From Candidatus Woesebacteria bacterium RIFCSPHIGHO2_01_FULL_39_23 (GTDB lineage: Bacteria > Patescibacteriota > Microgenomatia > UBA8517): 45,593 bases of DNA. This document shows, in pieces, positions 1 to 10,483 of the stretch. The notes under the pieces were generated by a model. The model worked only from the letters and a program-made list of their open reading frames with translations, ran no database searches and had not been told where the DNA came from. Numbering within the stretch: position 1 is the first letter of the stretch; every line of letters starts with the position of its first letter. The stretch covers positions 15,916 through 61,508 of the forward strand of contig MGGH01000022.1 of NCBI GenBank assembly GCA_001792305.1, read 5' to 3'. Both the position numbers and the translations under genes were made by a program.

Positions 1-487
1 GACCCAACTCATCAAATAGAGGCACGTACTGATCTCCACCTGAAGAAACAGTATGAACATATATTATTCCGCCAGCATTTAGGAACTTTTTAAACTCATC
101 AATTTCTTCAGCGGTTAGATCTTGAGTTGTATTTGTAGCAAAAAACACATCCATCAATAATATTCCACTACTATCTACTAGAGATCCATTGGAAATATAA
201 TTAGTTGGAGAAATAAATTCCACTGGACACTCAACAATTCCGCCAGGACCAAAATTAGAACTATTGAGCAAATACCCTCCAATAGTAGTGCTGCTAACAT
301 TTGGGCCTGCTGGGTGAACCAGTGGAGCACCTGCATCATTGAGCAAAGCGGAAGCGCTCCTGTTTAAGTTGTAACCAGATACCTTAATCGTGTTAGAAGT
401 TTGAGCAAACAATTCTGTTGTGAAAATCCCACTTAATACTACAACCACAAATAACAACACAAACACAATTCTTAGAATATTTCTCAT
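1..487 (-). CDS. Secreted or membrane-anchored hypothetical protein, partial (runs off the window edge)
   Basis: Not in the ORF track. ATG at 487, open to the edge: MRNILRIVFVLLFVVVVLSGIFTTELFAQ...LTAEEIDEFKKFLNAGG; N-terminal signal peptide. Confidence 0.75.
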   Translation of the reverse strand, partial: MRNILRIVFVLLFVVVVLSGIFTTELFAQTSNTIKVSGYNLNRSASALLNDAGAPLVHPAGPNVSSTTIGGYLLNSSNFGPGGIVECPVEFISPTNYISNGSLVDSSGILLMDVFFATNTTQDLTAEEIDEFKKFLNAGGIIYVHTVSSGGDQYVPLFDELG

Positions 488-504
488 AATCCAACACATC
501 AGCA

Positions 505-566
505 AAAGAGAGAAGACCCTCTAAGTTCAAGATAATTTTAAACCTAAGGCAGATTCTTCTCTCTTT
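505..566. promoter_or_regulatory. 12-bp perfect inverted repeat just downstream of the major pilin gene (possible mRNA-stabilising or attenuating stem)
   Basis: AAAGAGAGAAGA at 505-516 and TCTTCTCTCTTT at 555-566, 38-nt loop. Confidence 0.4.
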
Positions 567-569
567 ATC

Positions 570-1067
570 TTAACGAGTAACTGATATTATTGCTCCCAAT
601 TCAGCTCCCGGTGCGGCAGCTGTTATCCTTCCGGTTGTTGCATCGAGAAAGATTGTATAACTGGCGTTTCCTGTACTCCCAACTGATGGGTCGTAAGGAA
701 CAGCAGCCATATATGTTGGAACAATTACTTCCAATCCAGCTGCGTTGGTTGCTGCAGCCAAATTGAAACAGTTATCTGGTGCTCCAGTGCTAGTCCCTAT
801 ACAAGTCGCGGCACCAGGAAAATTGCTAGTCGTATCCACACCGTCCGTATCTGGCAAATTGCCATTGTGCTCGGCAGCAAATTGGTAAATGCCATTTGTG
901 AGCTGATATAAATCTGCTCTTCTTTGTGTATTTCTGGCTTCCGCGAATTGTCGGCCAGGATTCACTGCTGCGATAACAACAGCGGCCAAAATACCAATAA
1001 TCCCAATAACTACCAATAACTCAATTAAAGTAAAACCTCCGCCAATTGCTTTCTTAACTTTTGTCAT
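570..1067 (-). CDS. pilA: Type IV pilin, probably the major pilin
   Basis: Class III signal G|FTLIELLVVIGIIGILAAVVI with Glu5; Cys pair; SD-like GGGGGTG upstream. Confidence 0.85.
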   Translation of the reverse strand: MTKVKKAIGGGFTLIELLVVIGIIGILAAVVIAAVNPGRQFAEARNTQRRADLYQLTNGIYQFAAEHNGNLPDTDGVDTTSNFPGAATCIGTSTGAPDNCFNLAAATNAAGLEVIVPTYMAAVPYDPSVGSTGNASYTIFLDATTGRITAAAPGAELGAIISVTR

Positions 1068-1125
1068 TTATTTCTTTTGTTCACCCCCTTCTGAAATTAA
1101 CTCTATACATCCAGTATGCGCATAA

Positions 1126-1362
1126 CTAATTTTTCAAGTCAAGCGGTATCGAACTTCTCTCAAAAATAATTTTATGCGCTTCGTCTAATCTACTTATATT
1201 AAGCCTTGGGTCAGCTGCCCCCACAATCTCCTCATCAATAGTGTTTGAAGCGTTTAAAACCACAAAAACAGTACGAATACTATAGACAACGATTGCCCCA
1301 ATAATAATTATCGTTCCCGCCAGTATTATGTAAAAACGGTCAATTTCCCGAAAATTCCTCAT
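1126..1362 (-). CDS. Small single-TM protein of the pilus assembly operon
   Basis: One TM helix; overlaps the upstream gene in the same operon. Confidence 0.7.
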   Translation of the reverse strand: MRNFREIDRFYIILAGTIIIIGAIVVYSIRTVFVVLNASNTIDEEIVGAADPRLNISRLDEAHKIIFERSSIPLDLKN

Positions 1363-1882
1363 TTGTATATAAAAACGCGCTCATTTTTATTATGAGCTTA
1401 TCCTCAACTTTGGAATCTAACACCTCAATATCAACTGGCTTTAATATTGCCGGAAGCATTTGAACCTTGTTCAATGCCTTTTCGACATCAACACCAGTTC
1501 CTTCAAATTCAAGTAAAACAGGAAGCCCTGTAAATCCCTGTTTGTCTTTGACAGGTTCTTGTGTGACAAAAGAAAACTTCTTAACTATTCCCTCTGCCCG
1601 CAACTCGTCAATTTTTCTGACATATTCAATAAGTCCCTGTTCGTCAATTAATACAGAGCCGAGATCAGATATCTTTGCGTAATTTTCCTGAAGATCAGCC
1701 AGTACAAGACCCGGGTCAACCAAACCTTTGTACTTTATTTCTAGGCTACGAAGTTCACTCAACTTTCGGGAAGAAGAAAGACTGGAGTTTAATAAAAAAA
1801 TTATTCCCAATATCAATAGAATATCTGAAGCGATAAACAAAAGTGTCTTCCAAGCTGGAAGTGATTTTTTAGCAGTTTTCAT
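1340..1882 (-). CDS. PilO-like pilus alignment protein
   Basis: N-terminal TM, coiled segment and ferredoxin-like pattern; follows PilM/N. Confidence 0.6.
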   Translation of the reverse strand: MKTAKKSLPAWKTLLFIASDILLILGIIFLLNSSLSSSRKLSELRSLEIKYKGLVDPGLVLADLQENYAKISDLGSVLIDEQGLIEYVRKIDELRAEGIVKKFSFVTQEPVKDKQGFTGLPVLLEFEGTGVDVEKALNKVQMLPAILKPVDIEVLDSKVEDKLIIKMSAFLYTNEEFSGN

Positions 1883-1886
1883 AAAT

Positions 1887-3311
1887 TTAAATTTGCAACT
1901 TCAGCTGTTTCTTTTTACCTTTTGACAATTCCAAATATCCGAAATTTGCTTCAAATTCCAAATCTTTCTCCTTTTCAAAACTTGATACAGGAATACTTAC
2001 TTTTGAAAATTTACCGCTTTCCTCTAAATTTTGCTTAAAGGTCAAGAGTTCTTGCCTATCCGAAGAATTACCACGAACCAGTATGTTGCCATCTTCCATA
2101 TCTATTTTGTATTCGCTTACAAAAAGACCTTGAGGAGCAGAAGAATAAATAGCATTAATTATCTCCTGGGGGGGAGTTATAGAAGAATTTATTTTAACAA
2201 CTTTGTCTGTTAGAACATTCGTATCCTCTATTCCTTTAATAACACCTTTGTCTTTACCTTTGAGGCCACTTTCATTTTGGTTAGCTCCTTCCAAAACGTT
2301 TATCTCTGAAGTTATTAAAATAAAAACTACAAGGACAACAATAAAATTTGCTAAAATTGCCAAAGTCGAAGCAAAAACCAAGCTTCTAAGCTGTTTCATG
2401 AATTTTTTATTTCTGTGACTCTTTACCCATTCCGATGGCAGAAGATTTATACTAGTTTCGTCAGCTGGCTCCGTAGGATCCTTTAGTTGCAAAGAGAGCG
2501 GTATCATATATTCTTGCAGAACTTTTGAGTCAAAAGCTTTTATTTTTGGCTGCATCCACTCAACTGGAATTTTCAAATTTTTTGAAAGGCCACTATAGAG
2601 CTCTTTTCCTATTTCTATTCCTCCTATTTGCACCTTTTTTATTTCGGTTTCCCCGTAGTGACTGATCATTTGCGTAACTGTCTGCAGAACCGTTCGTTGG
2701 TTAAAAGAAGCAGCCACTGAACTTCCAACTATTTTTTCTCCCTCACGTACCAAAAGAATCGCTTCTCCAAGGTTTGCATATATAACTAGCGCACCACCCG
2801 AGTCTTTATCTGAAACCCTGGCCAAGGAAAGCGATGGCGTCTCAACCACCAGAGGTGACAAACCAGCCATACTTACAGCATCTACAAAGCCTGACAAAAC
2901 GCCTTTTTGAATAGCAACTGTAAGTATCTGGTAACCCAATTCACTTTTTTTTACAACCTTCCAGTCTATTACCGAATCTTTTATTTCGGTTGGTAAAAAA
3001 TCTTGAGCCTCCCAACGCACTGCCTCGTCTAGCTCACTTATTGGAACTTTGGGTAATTCTATGGTTTTTGTAAAGGTCGAAAATTCAGGTACAATAAGAC
3101 CTACTGATTTTTCTTTAATATTTTTGGTTTGCCAAATTTTTTTAATGATTTCAGATAGTGCTTTTACATCTTTAACCTTATAGTCGACAATTATTCCTTG
3201 GGGGATATCTACTGAAGTAAAAAAAATAACTTCGTCTTTTGCTTTATTAAGACTAACTATTTGCAGTTTGCTCGAAGTGAAGTGAACTGAAACAAATTGT
3301 TTGCTACTCAT
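1887..3311 (-). CDS. pilM: PilM-PilN fusion protein
   Basis: Actin-like PilM N-terminus (VRWEAQDFLP...DW), then INLLP motif, TM helix and PilN-like C-terminal domain. Confidence 0.8.
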   Translation of the reverse strand: MSSKQFVSVHFTSSKLQIVSLNKAKDEVIFFTSVDIPQGIIVDYKVKDVKALSEIIKKIWQTKNIKEKSVGLIVPEFSTFTKTIELPKVPISELDEAVRWEAQDFLPTEIKDSVIDWKVVKKSELGYQILTVAIQKGVLSGFVDAVSMAGLSPLVVETPSLSLARVSDKDSGGALVIYANLGEAILLVREGEKIVGSSVAASFNQRTVLQTVTQMISHYGETEIKKVQIGGIEIGKELYSGLSKNLKIPVEWMQPKIKAFDSKVLQEYMIPLSLQLKDPTEPADETSINLLPSEWVKSHRNKKFMKQLRSLVFASTLAILANFIVVLVVFILITSEINVLEGANQNESGLKGKDKGVIKGIEDTNVLTDKVVKINSSITPPQEIINAIYSSAPQGLFVSEYKIDMEDGNILVRGNSSDRQELLTFKQNLEESGKFSKVSIPVSSFEKEKDLEFEANFGYLELSKGKKKQLKLQI

Positions 3312-3381
3312 GGCAGGTCCTTTAATACATTATACACAAAAACTGCCTCCGAAATTATGGTGGTGATATACTGAATCCAGG

Positions 3382-4707
3382 ATGAACAAAGGGCAAACTT
3401 TTTTGGGCTTTTTGATTTCCGTGGCAATTCTTACTATCCTCTCAAGTGCACTTTTCACATTGGTTTTAACCAGCTACGAACTAATTACATTTACCCGCGC
3501 CCGCGTCACTGCAAGGCATTTGGCCCAACAAAAATTGGAAAATATTAGGAACCTGCCATATGAAGATGTCGGCACCCAAGGCGGTATTCCCACAGGAACT
3601 CTGCTTCAAATTGAAAATACCATCAAAAATGGGCTTAATTATAGAATAAAAACAGATATCGTCTATATCGACGATCCTTTTGATTACACTGCGCCCACTG
3701 ATTTACTTCCCACAGATTACAAAAGGGTCCGAATTGACGTTTCTTGGGAAGGATTGGCTAAATCTGATATTAATCCTGTGACAATGATAACGGACGTTGC
3801 ACCCAAGGGATTGGAAACTTCAGAAGGCGGTGGAACGCTTTCCATATTTGTTTTTGATGCAAGTGCTAATCCCCTGGAACAAGCCTCGGTCACAATAATT
3901 GCAAACGATACAACGCCACAAATTAATTTAAACCTTTTTACAAATGAGTCGGGAAGAGTAATCCTTCCCGGAGCGCCAGTATGCAATTCCTGTTACCAGA
4001 TAACTGTAACGAAAAGTAGCTTTAGTACGGACCGAACATACTCGACAACCGAAGTAGCAAATCCCCTGAAACCCCATGTAACAGTACTTGAGGGACAAGT
4101 AAGCGAAGTAAGCTTTGCAATTGCCTCTACTTCCTCTCTATTTCTTTCAACACTTACGGATAGAGAAAACGGGTTTACAGCCTTACCCAACACTGATGTA
4201 ACCTTAAGAGGTGAAAAAATAATAGGGACAGATGTTGCGGATTATCCCGTATATAAATACAACGAAAGTCTAACTACCGGTTCAAACGGACAACTAGTTG
4301 TCGAAAACCTTGAATGGGACAATTATATGCTAACATTACCGGCAACATCTCCCTTTGATATAACAGGCACCAACCCGGTTATTCCATTTACACTTGATCC
4401 TGGCCAAACAATGGACTTTGATCTTGCTCTGACATCGCACAGCAATAACAGTTTACTTCTAATTTTCAAAGACCAAACCAACAATTTACTTCAAAACGTG
4501 AATGTAACAATTACTGACAATATACTCTTTCAAGAAAACAATACCACAGGACTTGTCGATACTCCTGACTTTGGCCAAGTATTTTTTGCAAACCTTGAAA
4601 ATAAAACTTATACAGTTGATGCTGTTATTACGGGTTTCTTGCCATTTAATGGCAACTTTCAAGTAACTGGTCAGAGTGTGGAAGAAATTGTCCTTACGCC
4701 CGAATAA
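3382..4707 (+). CDS. Minor pilin (PilV-like) with C-terminal beta-sandwich (carboxypeptidase regulatory-like) repeats
   Basis: KG|QTFLGFLISVAIL prepilin-like N-terminus without Glu5; LAQQKLENIRNLPY motif; repeated TNESG/TGSNG turns. Confidence 0.75.
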   Translation: MNKGQTFLGFLISVAILTILSSALFTLVLTSYELITFTRARVTARHLAQQKLENIRNLPYEDVGTQGGIPTGTLLQIENTIKNGLNYRIKTDIVYIDDPFDYTAPTDLLPTDYKRVRIDVSWEGLAKSDINPVTMITDVAPKGLETSEGGGTLSIFVFDASANPLEQASVTIIANDTTPQINLNLFTNESGRVILPGAPVCNSCYQITVTKSSFSTDRTYSTTEVANPLKPHVTVLEGQVSEVSFAIASTSSLFLSTLTDRENGFTALPNTDVTLRGEKIIGTDVADYPVYKYNESLTTGSNGQLVVENLEWDNYMLTLPATSPFDITGTNPVIPFTLDPGQTMDFDLALTSHSNNSLLLIFKDQTNNLLQNVNVTITDNILFQENNTTGLVDTPDFGQVFFANLENKTYTVDAVITGFLPFNGNFQVTGQSVEEIVLTPE

Positions 4708-4708
4708 T

Positions 4709-5317
4709 ATGAAAAATAGTGCTGGATTTACACTAGTAGAGGTTTTGGTTACAGGCTTTTTGGCAGTAGCCGTCGGAGCAGCCTTAGTTGGTCTTCAGTA
4801 TATTTTGACACAAAACCAACTATCTGTTTTCAGCAATTTCATAAATGTAGACGAGGCAAATTTCGCAATTACAAATCTTGAAAGGGAATTACGATCCGCA
4901 AGATCCGGAGACAACGGAGCTTATCCCCTGGAAATAGCAGGCAACTTTGAAATAGCATTTTTTTCCGACATCGACTTTGACGGTAGAGCTGAACGTGTCC
5001 GCTACAACTTAACCAACTCCACACTTACCAAAGGAGTAATAGAGCCTACAGGTTTTCCAATTACCTACCCGATTGCAAATGAAGCCGTCAAAACAGTGAG
5101 CGACAATGTTCGAAATGGTATTGAGCCAGTGTTTTACTATTACAACGACAGCTGGCCCGTAAACGCTGAGGGAAATCCATTAACACAACCATCACGACTC
5201 TCGAACACAAGACTCGTTGGAATACTCATCAGACTAAACAGCGACTCGTCAAGTCCCGACAAGGATTATATATTGGAATCAACTGTGGCAGTTAGAGAGT
5301 TGAAAGAAAATCTATAA
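4709..5317 (+). CDS. Minor pilin (PilW/GspJ-like)
   Basis: AG|FTLVEVLV signal; LERELRSA motif; ATG at 4709 is 1 nt after the previous stop. Confidence 0.8.
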   Translation: MKNSAGFTLVEVLVTGFLAVAVGAALVGLQYILTQNQLSVFSNFINVDEANFAITNLERELRSARSGDNGAYPLEIAGNFEIAFFSDIDFDGRAERVRYNLTNSTLTKGVIEPTGFPITYPIANEAVKTVSDNVRNGIEPVFYYYNDSWPVNAEGNPLTQPSRLSNTRLVGILIRLNSDSSSPDKDYILESTVAVRELKENL

Positions 5318-5322
5318 GAATC

Positions 5323-6726
5323 ATGAATCATAAAGGATCGATTACACCAGCACTTCTTATTATAACAAGCGCTTTTGTCGTAATAATTTACGGAATGCTT
5401 TCTGTATTGTCCCTTCAGCTTGATTCATCACACAGGCAAACCGCCTCAGAGGAAGCATTAAACATAGCTGAAGCAGGAATAAACTATTACCGCTGGCACT
5501 TGGCCCATGATCCTAACGATTTTACTGACGGAACAGGAAACCCGGGTCCGTATAACCATAATTATTATGATCCCCAAGGGAAGCTTACGGGGAATTTCAG
5601 TCTGGACATTACTTCCCCACAAGGTGGGTCCTCTATAGTAGTAATCAGATCCACGGGGAGAACTTTACAATACCCAAGTGTTGAAAGGACAATCACAGTA
5701 CAATATGGAAAAGGGTCATATTCAAAATACGCATTTCTAGTTAATTCAAGCATCTGGTTTGGATCGGGTTCTGTGGTCAACGGTGAAATACATTCAAATA
5801 ACGGTATACGGATGGATGGAATAAACAATTCGAAAGTAAAAAGCGCACAAGAAGAATATATGTGCGGCGGTGAGACCGGTTGCAACCCGCCACAAAACAA
5901 ACCTGGGGTTTGGGGGTCCGGTCCAAACAGTTACCTATGGGAATTTCCTGCCCCATCTATTGACTTTAACTCTATTTCTTACGATCTTGCCAACATGAAA
6001 GACAATGCCATGACAGACGGTTTGTATCTAGCACCTTCGGGATCAGCAGGATATCACTTAGTTTTTCAATCCGATGGTAACGTCACAGTCTACAAAATAA
6101 CAGCAACCAATTATTACCGCGGTTACAGTGTCCCAGGCCAGGGTCTCGGTGTGGGCGGTGGCCAAGGTCAGGGGGGCTGCCAAAAACATTACCAAATTAT
6201 AGTTAGTGAGAGTCCCGTCGGCAGTTACGAAATAGCCCAAACCCCCATAATCTTTTCAGAAAGTAATCTTTGGGTCGAAGGGACTATTAAAGGAAACATT
6301 ACGGTGGTAGCTGCACAATTTCCTATTGCCTCGAATAACACTAATATATGGATATATAACAATTTAGTCTATAGTTCGTATGACGGCTCGAATAGGCTTG
6401 GATTAATAGCAGAAAACGATATTTATTTTGCCAGAGACATTCCAGAAAATTTTAGGGTCGATGGCGCCCTTATAGCTCAAACAGGACAAATTATAAGACA
6501 TGGATATTTTAACTGGTGTGGAGGAACCAATAATGCCATCAGGGGTAGTTTGACGATTAACGGAGCACTTGCCTCGTTTTATAAGTCTTACTGGAACTAT
6601 GGTACAGCGCCTGATTCAGGGTTCATCAATAGGATCATCACATACGACACTAATCTGTTATACAATCCTCCGCCGTATTTCCCCGTAACCGGCGACTTTG
6701 AAATAATTTCGTGGAGGGAAGAGTAA
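5323..6726 (+). CDS. PilX-like minor pilin with large C-terminal domain
   Basis: KG|SITPALLII; ALNIAEAGI PilX motif; C-terminal SWREE. Confidence 0.8.
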   Translation: MNHKGSITPALLIITSAFVVIIYGMLSVLSLQLDSSHRQTASEEALNIAEAGINYYRWHLAHDPNDFTDGTGNPGPYNHNYYDPQGKLTGNFSLDITSPQGGSSIVVIRSTGRTLQYPSVERTITVQYGKGSYSKYAFLVNSSIWFGSGSVVNGEIHSNNGIRMDGINNSKVKSAQEEYMCGGETGCNPPQNKPGVWGSGPNSYLWEFPAPSIDFNSISYDLANMKDNAMTDGLYLAPSGSAGYHLVFQSDGNVTVYKITATNYYRGYSVPGQGLGVGGGQGQGGCQKHYQIIVSESPVGSYEIAQTPIIFSESNLWVEGTIKGNITVVAAQFPIASNNTNIWIYNNLVYSSYDGSNRLGLIAENDIYFARDIPENFRVDGALIAQTGQIIRHGYFNWCGGTNNAIRGSLTINGALASFYKSYWNYGTAPDSGFINRIITYDTNLLYNPPPYFPVTGDFEIISWREE

Positions 6727-6728
6727 AG

Positions 6729-7448
6729 TCAAGGGCTTGGTGTTGGTTCTTTGACACAAAGCGTGTTCGAAATAACAGTTCGTTGCGTTACAGTATCACC
6801 GCCTAAACCGCAGTCATAAACCAAATTTGGGTATGGGTTAACTGTGCCAGACGGAGTAAGAGCCGGGGTTGGGGTCCTCGGATACACGCAGTAAGATAAC
6901 CTCCAAAAAGGACAGTCTGGGTCAGGCCCGCTTGGTGACGGGCTACCAAATCCACCACCAGAACTTCCACCCGAACTACTACCCCCTCCGGACTTTCCGC
7001 CTCCCTCACCAGGATTTTGCGTGGGGTAAGGCGTGGAAGTTTCTCCGCTATCAAAATAGGAAATAAGTTTCTCCTCTTCCTCGTCGTCGTCCAAAATTAT
7101 TGTATAGGTCACCCCGTTTTTGGTATAAGTAATCAGATATCCGCCGTCTTCAACTTTTTCCACACCCTCCACAAATTCACCTTCTTTAACCTTGTCTTCT
7201 ATAAACTTAAAAAACGTATTTGTTTTCTCATTATCCCAAGTAGTTTCATCAGATAAACTGCTTGATCTAAGTATTACTTTACCGTTTGTGTAAACATAAG
7301 CCGTGTCGCTACCCTGCTCTACCTTTACACTATCCAAATCATCTTTTTGCCTACTTTGAAATAACAATCTTCCTGAAAAAATTAAAACTAAGATGACTAA
7401 TATAGCTATGCCCAAAAGGACAAACAAGTAATCTCTGGATATTTTCAT
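6729..7448 (-). CDS. Membrane-anchored hypothetical protein with Gly/Ser linker and Cys-containing C-terminus
   Basis: N-terminal TM; 4-nt overlap with the pilC stop. Confidence 0.75.
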   Translation of the reverse strand: MKISRDYLFVLLGIAILVILVLIFSGRLLFQSRQKDDLDSVKVEQGSDTAYVYTNGKVILRSSSLSDETTWDNEKTNTFFKFIEDKVKEGEFVEGVEKVEDGGYLITYTKNGVTYTIILDDDEEEEKLISYFDSGETSTPYPTQNPGEGGGKSGGGSSSGGSSGGGFGSPSPSGPDPDCPFWRLSYCVYPRTPTPALTPSGTVNPYPNLVYDCGLGGDTVTQRTVISNTLCVKEPTPSP

Positions 7449-8662
7449 TTTCTGATACTACTTTGCAGCGACCCTACAATACTGTAAATAGGAGCTATAA
7501 CTAAAATTACCATAGCTCCGACTGCCACACCAATAATTAGCATCATAATGGGCTCGAGTAAGCTTGTTAATCTCTTGAGGTCGTTTTCTACCTCGTTTTC
7601 ATAAAACCCCGCCATTTCTTCTAACACTTCATCCAGTCTCCCTGTCTTTTCCCCTGCTTTAATAGTCTGAATAACAACAAGAGGAAACGTACCCTTAACG
7701 CTTGAAAGAACGCTTGACAAGGATTCTCCCTTGGACACTCCGGTAGCAAATTCTTTCGCCTTTTTCTTGAGGTTTGGTTGGCTCAAAGTATCTGCAGAAA
7801 CATTTAGAGCTGTCGTTATTTGCACTCCACTTCGAAGAAGTGTGGATAGTGTCCTTGAAAACCTCGCCACATCCACTTTGATCGCAATTTTTCTTAAAAG
7901 TGGAAATTTAATAGTTAGGTGAAAGATTGCATTTCGTGTCTTTTTGAAAAAAAAGATTAGAAAAGCTAAAAAGCCAACTAAAGCAATAACTACAAGTACA
8001 AGCGGGGTATTTTTACCGACAAAATTACCGAAATTTAAAATTGCTGTTGTAAAAAAAGGAAGAGGAATATTTAATTTGGTAAAAACTGATGATATCTTAG
8101 GCAGAACAAACAGAAGCATTAAAAGCCCAACTCCAACCATTGACACAAAAATAACTGCAGGGTACATCATTGAATTTTTAACTTTCTGAGTCAGTTCGTA
8201 ATTTGCATAAAGCTGTCGTGACAAATAATCAAAAGACTGCTCAAGAGTTCCCGACTCCTCTCCAGCCTTAACCATTGTCAAAAACACAGGGTCGAAGTCG
8301 TCTTTATATCCAGAGAGAACCGAAGATATCGTGCTCCCTTTTCGTGTTTGAAACGCAATATCCGACAATATTTTTTGCATTCTCTTGTTCTCAGATTCCT
8401 GCTTTATTATCTCAACTGCTTCAGGAAGAGAAAGTCCGCTTCGAAGCATAACTGCAATAAATCGGCAAAAAGAAGCTTTTTCGGAAACTTTTATACCACG
8501 GCCGAAGATCCCGTGAACATTACTTTCAAGAGATTTAATACTTAATACTTTAAAACCATCAGCCTTTAGAGATAGAGCAGCTTCCTCACGGCTGGCAGAA
8601 TGAATTGTGTCCTCGACAATTTTCCCCCTACTGTCTATTACCTTGGACAAAAATAACGGCAT
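7445..8662 (-). CDS. pilC: Type IV pilus platform protein (GspF/PilC family)
   Basis: Two AGEESG/AGEKTG repeats, MMYPAVI and LLEPIMML motifs; start at ATG 8662 next to the pilB stop. Confidence 0.92.
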   Translation of the reverse strand: MPLFLSKVIDSRGKIVEDTIHSASREEAALSLKADGFKVLSIKSLESNVHGIFGRGIKVSEKASFCRFIAVMLRSGLSLPEAVEIIKQESENKRMQKILSDIAFQTRKGSTISSVLSGYKDDFDPVFLTMVKAGEESGTLEQSFDYLSRQLYANYELTQKVKNSMMYPAVIFVSMVGVGLLMLLFVLPKISSVFTKLNIPLPFFTTAILNFGNFVGKNTPLVLVVIALVGFLAFLIFFFKKTRNAIFHLTIKFPLLRKIAIKVDVARFSRTLSTLLRSGVQITTALNVSADTLSQPNLKKKAKEFATGVSKGESLSSVLSSVKGTFPLVVIQTIKAGEKTGRLDEVLEEMAGFYENEVENDLKRLTSLLEPIMMLIIGVAVGAMVILVIAPIYSIVGSLQSSIRK

Positions 8663-8663
8663 A

Positions 8664-10343
8664 TTAACTCTCCCTGACAACTCGAATAACCTCATCAATG
8701 GTGGTTAAACCACTAGAAATTTTATTAACCCCATCCTGAAGCATAGTTATCATCCCCTCTTTAACGGCGGTTGCTTCAAGATCGTCAAGGGAAGATTTTT
8801 GAGTAATCATTTTCCTAATTGTTTCGGATACTTCTAAAACTTCGTAAATACCAATCCTTCCCGAATACCCCGATTTATGACATTCATTGCAACCTATTCC
8901 TTTATAAAATTTTTGATCTTTGAGGTTTAGACTAAATTCCTTCACAAATGGCCCAAGAGTGTTCTCCTCGGGCGTGTATTCCATAATGCAACTTGTGCAA
9001 ATTTTTCGAACCAATCGTTGGGCAATAACAGCGTTGACTGTCGAGGCAAGTAAATACCCTTCAACTCCCATATCCAAAAGCCTTGGAATCGCTCCTGATG
9101 CTGTGTTTGTATGCAGGGTGGACAAAACCAAGTGTCCGGTAAGTGCTGAGTGTATCGCAATCTCTGCTGTTTCATGATCCCTAATCTCGCCAACCATGAT
9201 AATGTCGGGGTCATGCCGAAGCAATGCCCGCAGCCCTGTGGCAAAATCAAGGCCCGCTTTGGGATTTACCTGAATTTGACTAACCCTTTTTATTCCGTAT
9301 TCAATTGGGTCTTCAATTGTACAAATTTTAACTTTTACAGTATTTAATATGTTTAATATTGAATAAAGCGTCGTGGTCTTGCCGGATCCGGTCGGGCCCG
9401 TTACCAAAAGCATTCCGTTTGGCTTGGTAATATTATTTCTTACTATCTCCAATCCCTTGCCGGTTAGCCCCAACTCTTCAAGGCTTAATGGCCTACTGGT
9501 CTCGGGGAGTAACCTCATAACCACATTTTCACCATAAAACCCGGGGATAATCGAAATTCGCAAGGCTACTACGTCATCGTCTATGTTAAATTTATGTCTG
9601 CCATCCTGGGGAATTCTGTGTTCATCGATTTTCAAACTTGAAAGAATTTTAATACGCGCCACAAGTGCCACTTCTATTCCTCGGGGCAAACGAATAATAT
9701 CCCTCAAGATACCATCTATGCGAAACCTAACAACTACTTCTTCGAAGTAAGCCTCGATGTGAATATCTGAAGCCCGCTCGGCCACGGCAAACTCAAAAAT
9801 GGTATCCAGAATTTTAATGATTGGAAGGTCCTCAGCAGCTTTAGCAGGATCTTTTTCAAGTTTGGTTTTGCTTATATTTTCTTCAATTACCTTGTCAAAT
9901 TCTTCTCTGATGTTTTTCTTATATTGTCCGAGTGCCTTCCTCATTTCGTCAGGTCCGGCGTAGAAAGGGACTATCTCAAGACCTGTTTGACGCCTGGCAA
10001 ACTCCACTGCCTCAAAATCTGATGGGTCTTCCATTGCAAGTTTAAGTTTGTCGCCCTCCTTCTCAAATGCTAATATCCTATAACTCCTTGCTGTTTTCTC
10101 TGGTATAAGCTTCAAAATTTCATCGGGAATCACTTTGTGACTTAAACTTGCGTGGATAACATTGAGGTGTTCTGCAACGAGCTGGCCTATAGTAGCCTCA
10201 CTCAAAAACCCTTTAAAAATAAGAATGTCTTCAACACTTCTTCCGAGTTCCTGCGAAGATTGACTTGCTTCATCAAATTCTTTTTCAGGAACCAAACCAG
10301 AATCAACAAGAATCTTTTTAAGCGTCGCGACAGACAGTTTCAT
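8664..10343 (-). CDS. pilB: Type IV pilus assembly ATPase (GspE/PilB family)
   Basis: ASDIHIE, Walker A GPTGSGKT, EDPIEY, DPDIIMVGEIRD, TGHLVLSTLHTN, tetra-Cys zinc motif. Confidence 0.95.
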   Translation of the reverse strand: MKLSVATLKKILVDSGLVPEKEFDEASQSSQELGRSVEDILIFKGFLSEATIGQLVAEHLNVIHASLSHKVIPDEILKLIPEKTARSYRILAFEKEGDKLKLAMEDPSDFEAVEFARRQTGLEIVPFYAGPDEMRKALGQYKKNIREEFDKVIEENISKTKLEKDPAKAAEDLPIIKILDTIFEFAVAERASDIHIEAYFEEVVVRFRIDGILRDIIRLPRGIEVALVARIKILSSLKIDEHRIPQDGRHKFNIDDDVVALRISIIPGFYGENVVMRLLPETSRPLSLEELGLTGKGLEIVRNNITKPNGMLLVTGPTGSGKTTTLYSILNILNTVKVKICTIEDPIEYGIKRVSQIQVNPKAGLDFATGLRALLRHDPDIIMVGEIRDHETAEIAIHSALTGHLVLSTLHTNTASGAIPRLLDMGVEGYLLASTVNAVIAQRLVRKICTSCIMEYTPEENTLGPFVKEFSLNLKDQKFYKGIGCNECHKSGYSGRIGIYEVLEVSETIRKMITQKSSLDDLEATAVKEGMITMLQDGVNKISSGLTTIDEVIRVVRES

Positions 10344-10483
10344 GAGAAAATATTCAATTTAGTGTAAACTCCACTTGCTCTTGTTTGCAACTCTCGCAAG
10401 TGATTTTGATCCCCCATTTTGCAATTTTTAGTTATAAATTAAAGTAAAATGGGTATAACACGGGTAGTGATAAAATTGAATTG

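Noticed and set aside
1467-10367. Numerous 60-110 aa ORFs overlapping the pilus genes
   Set aside because: Shadow frames of well-supported genes, with no motifs or start signals
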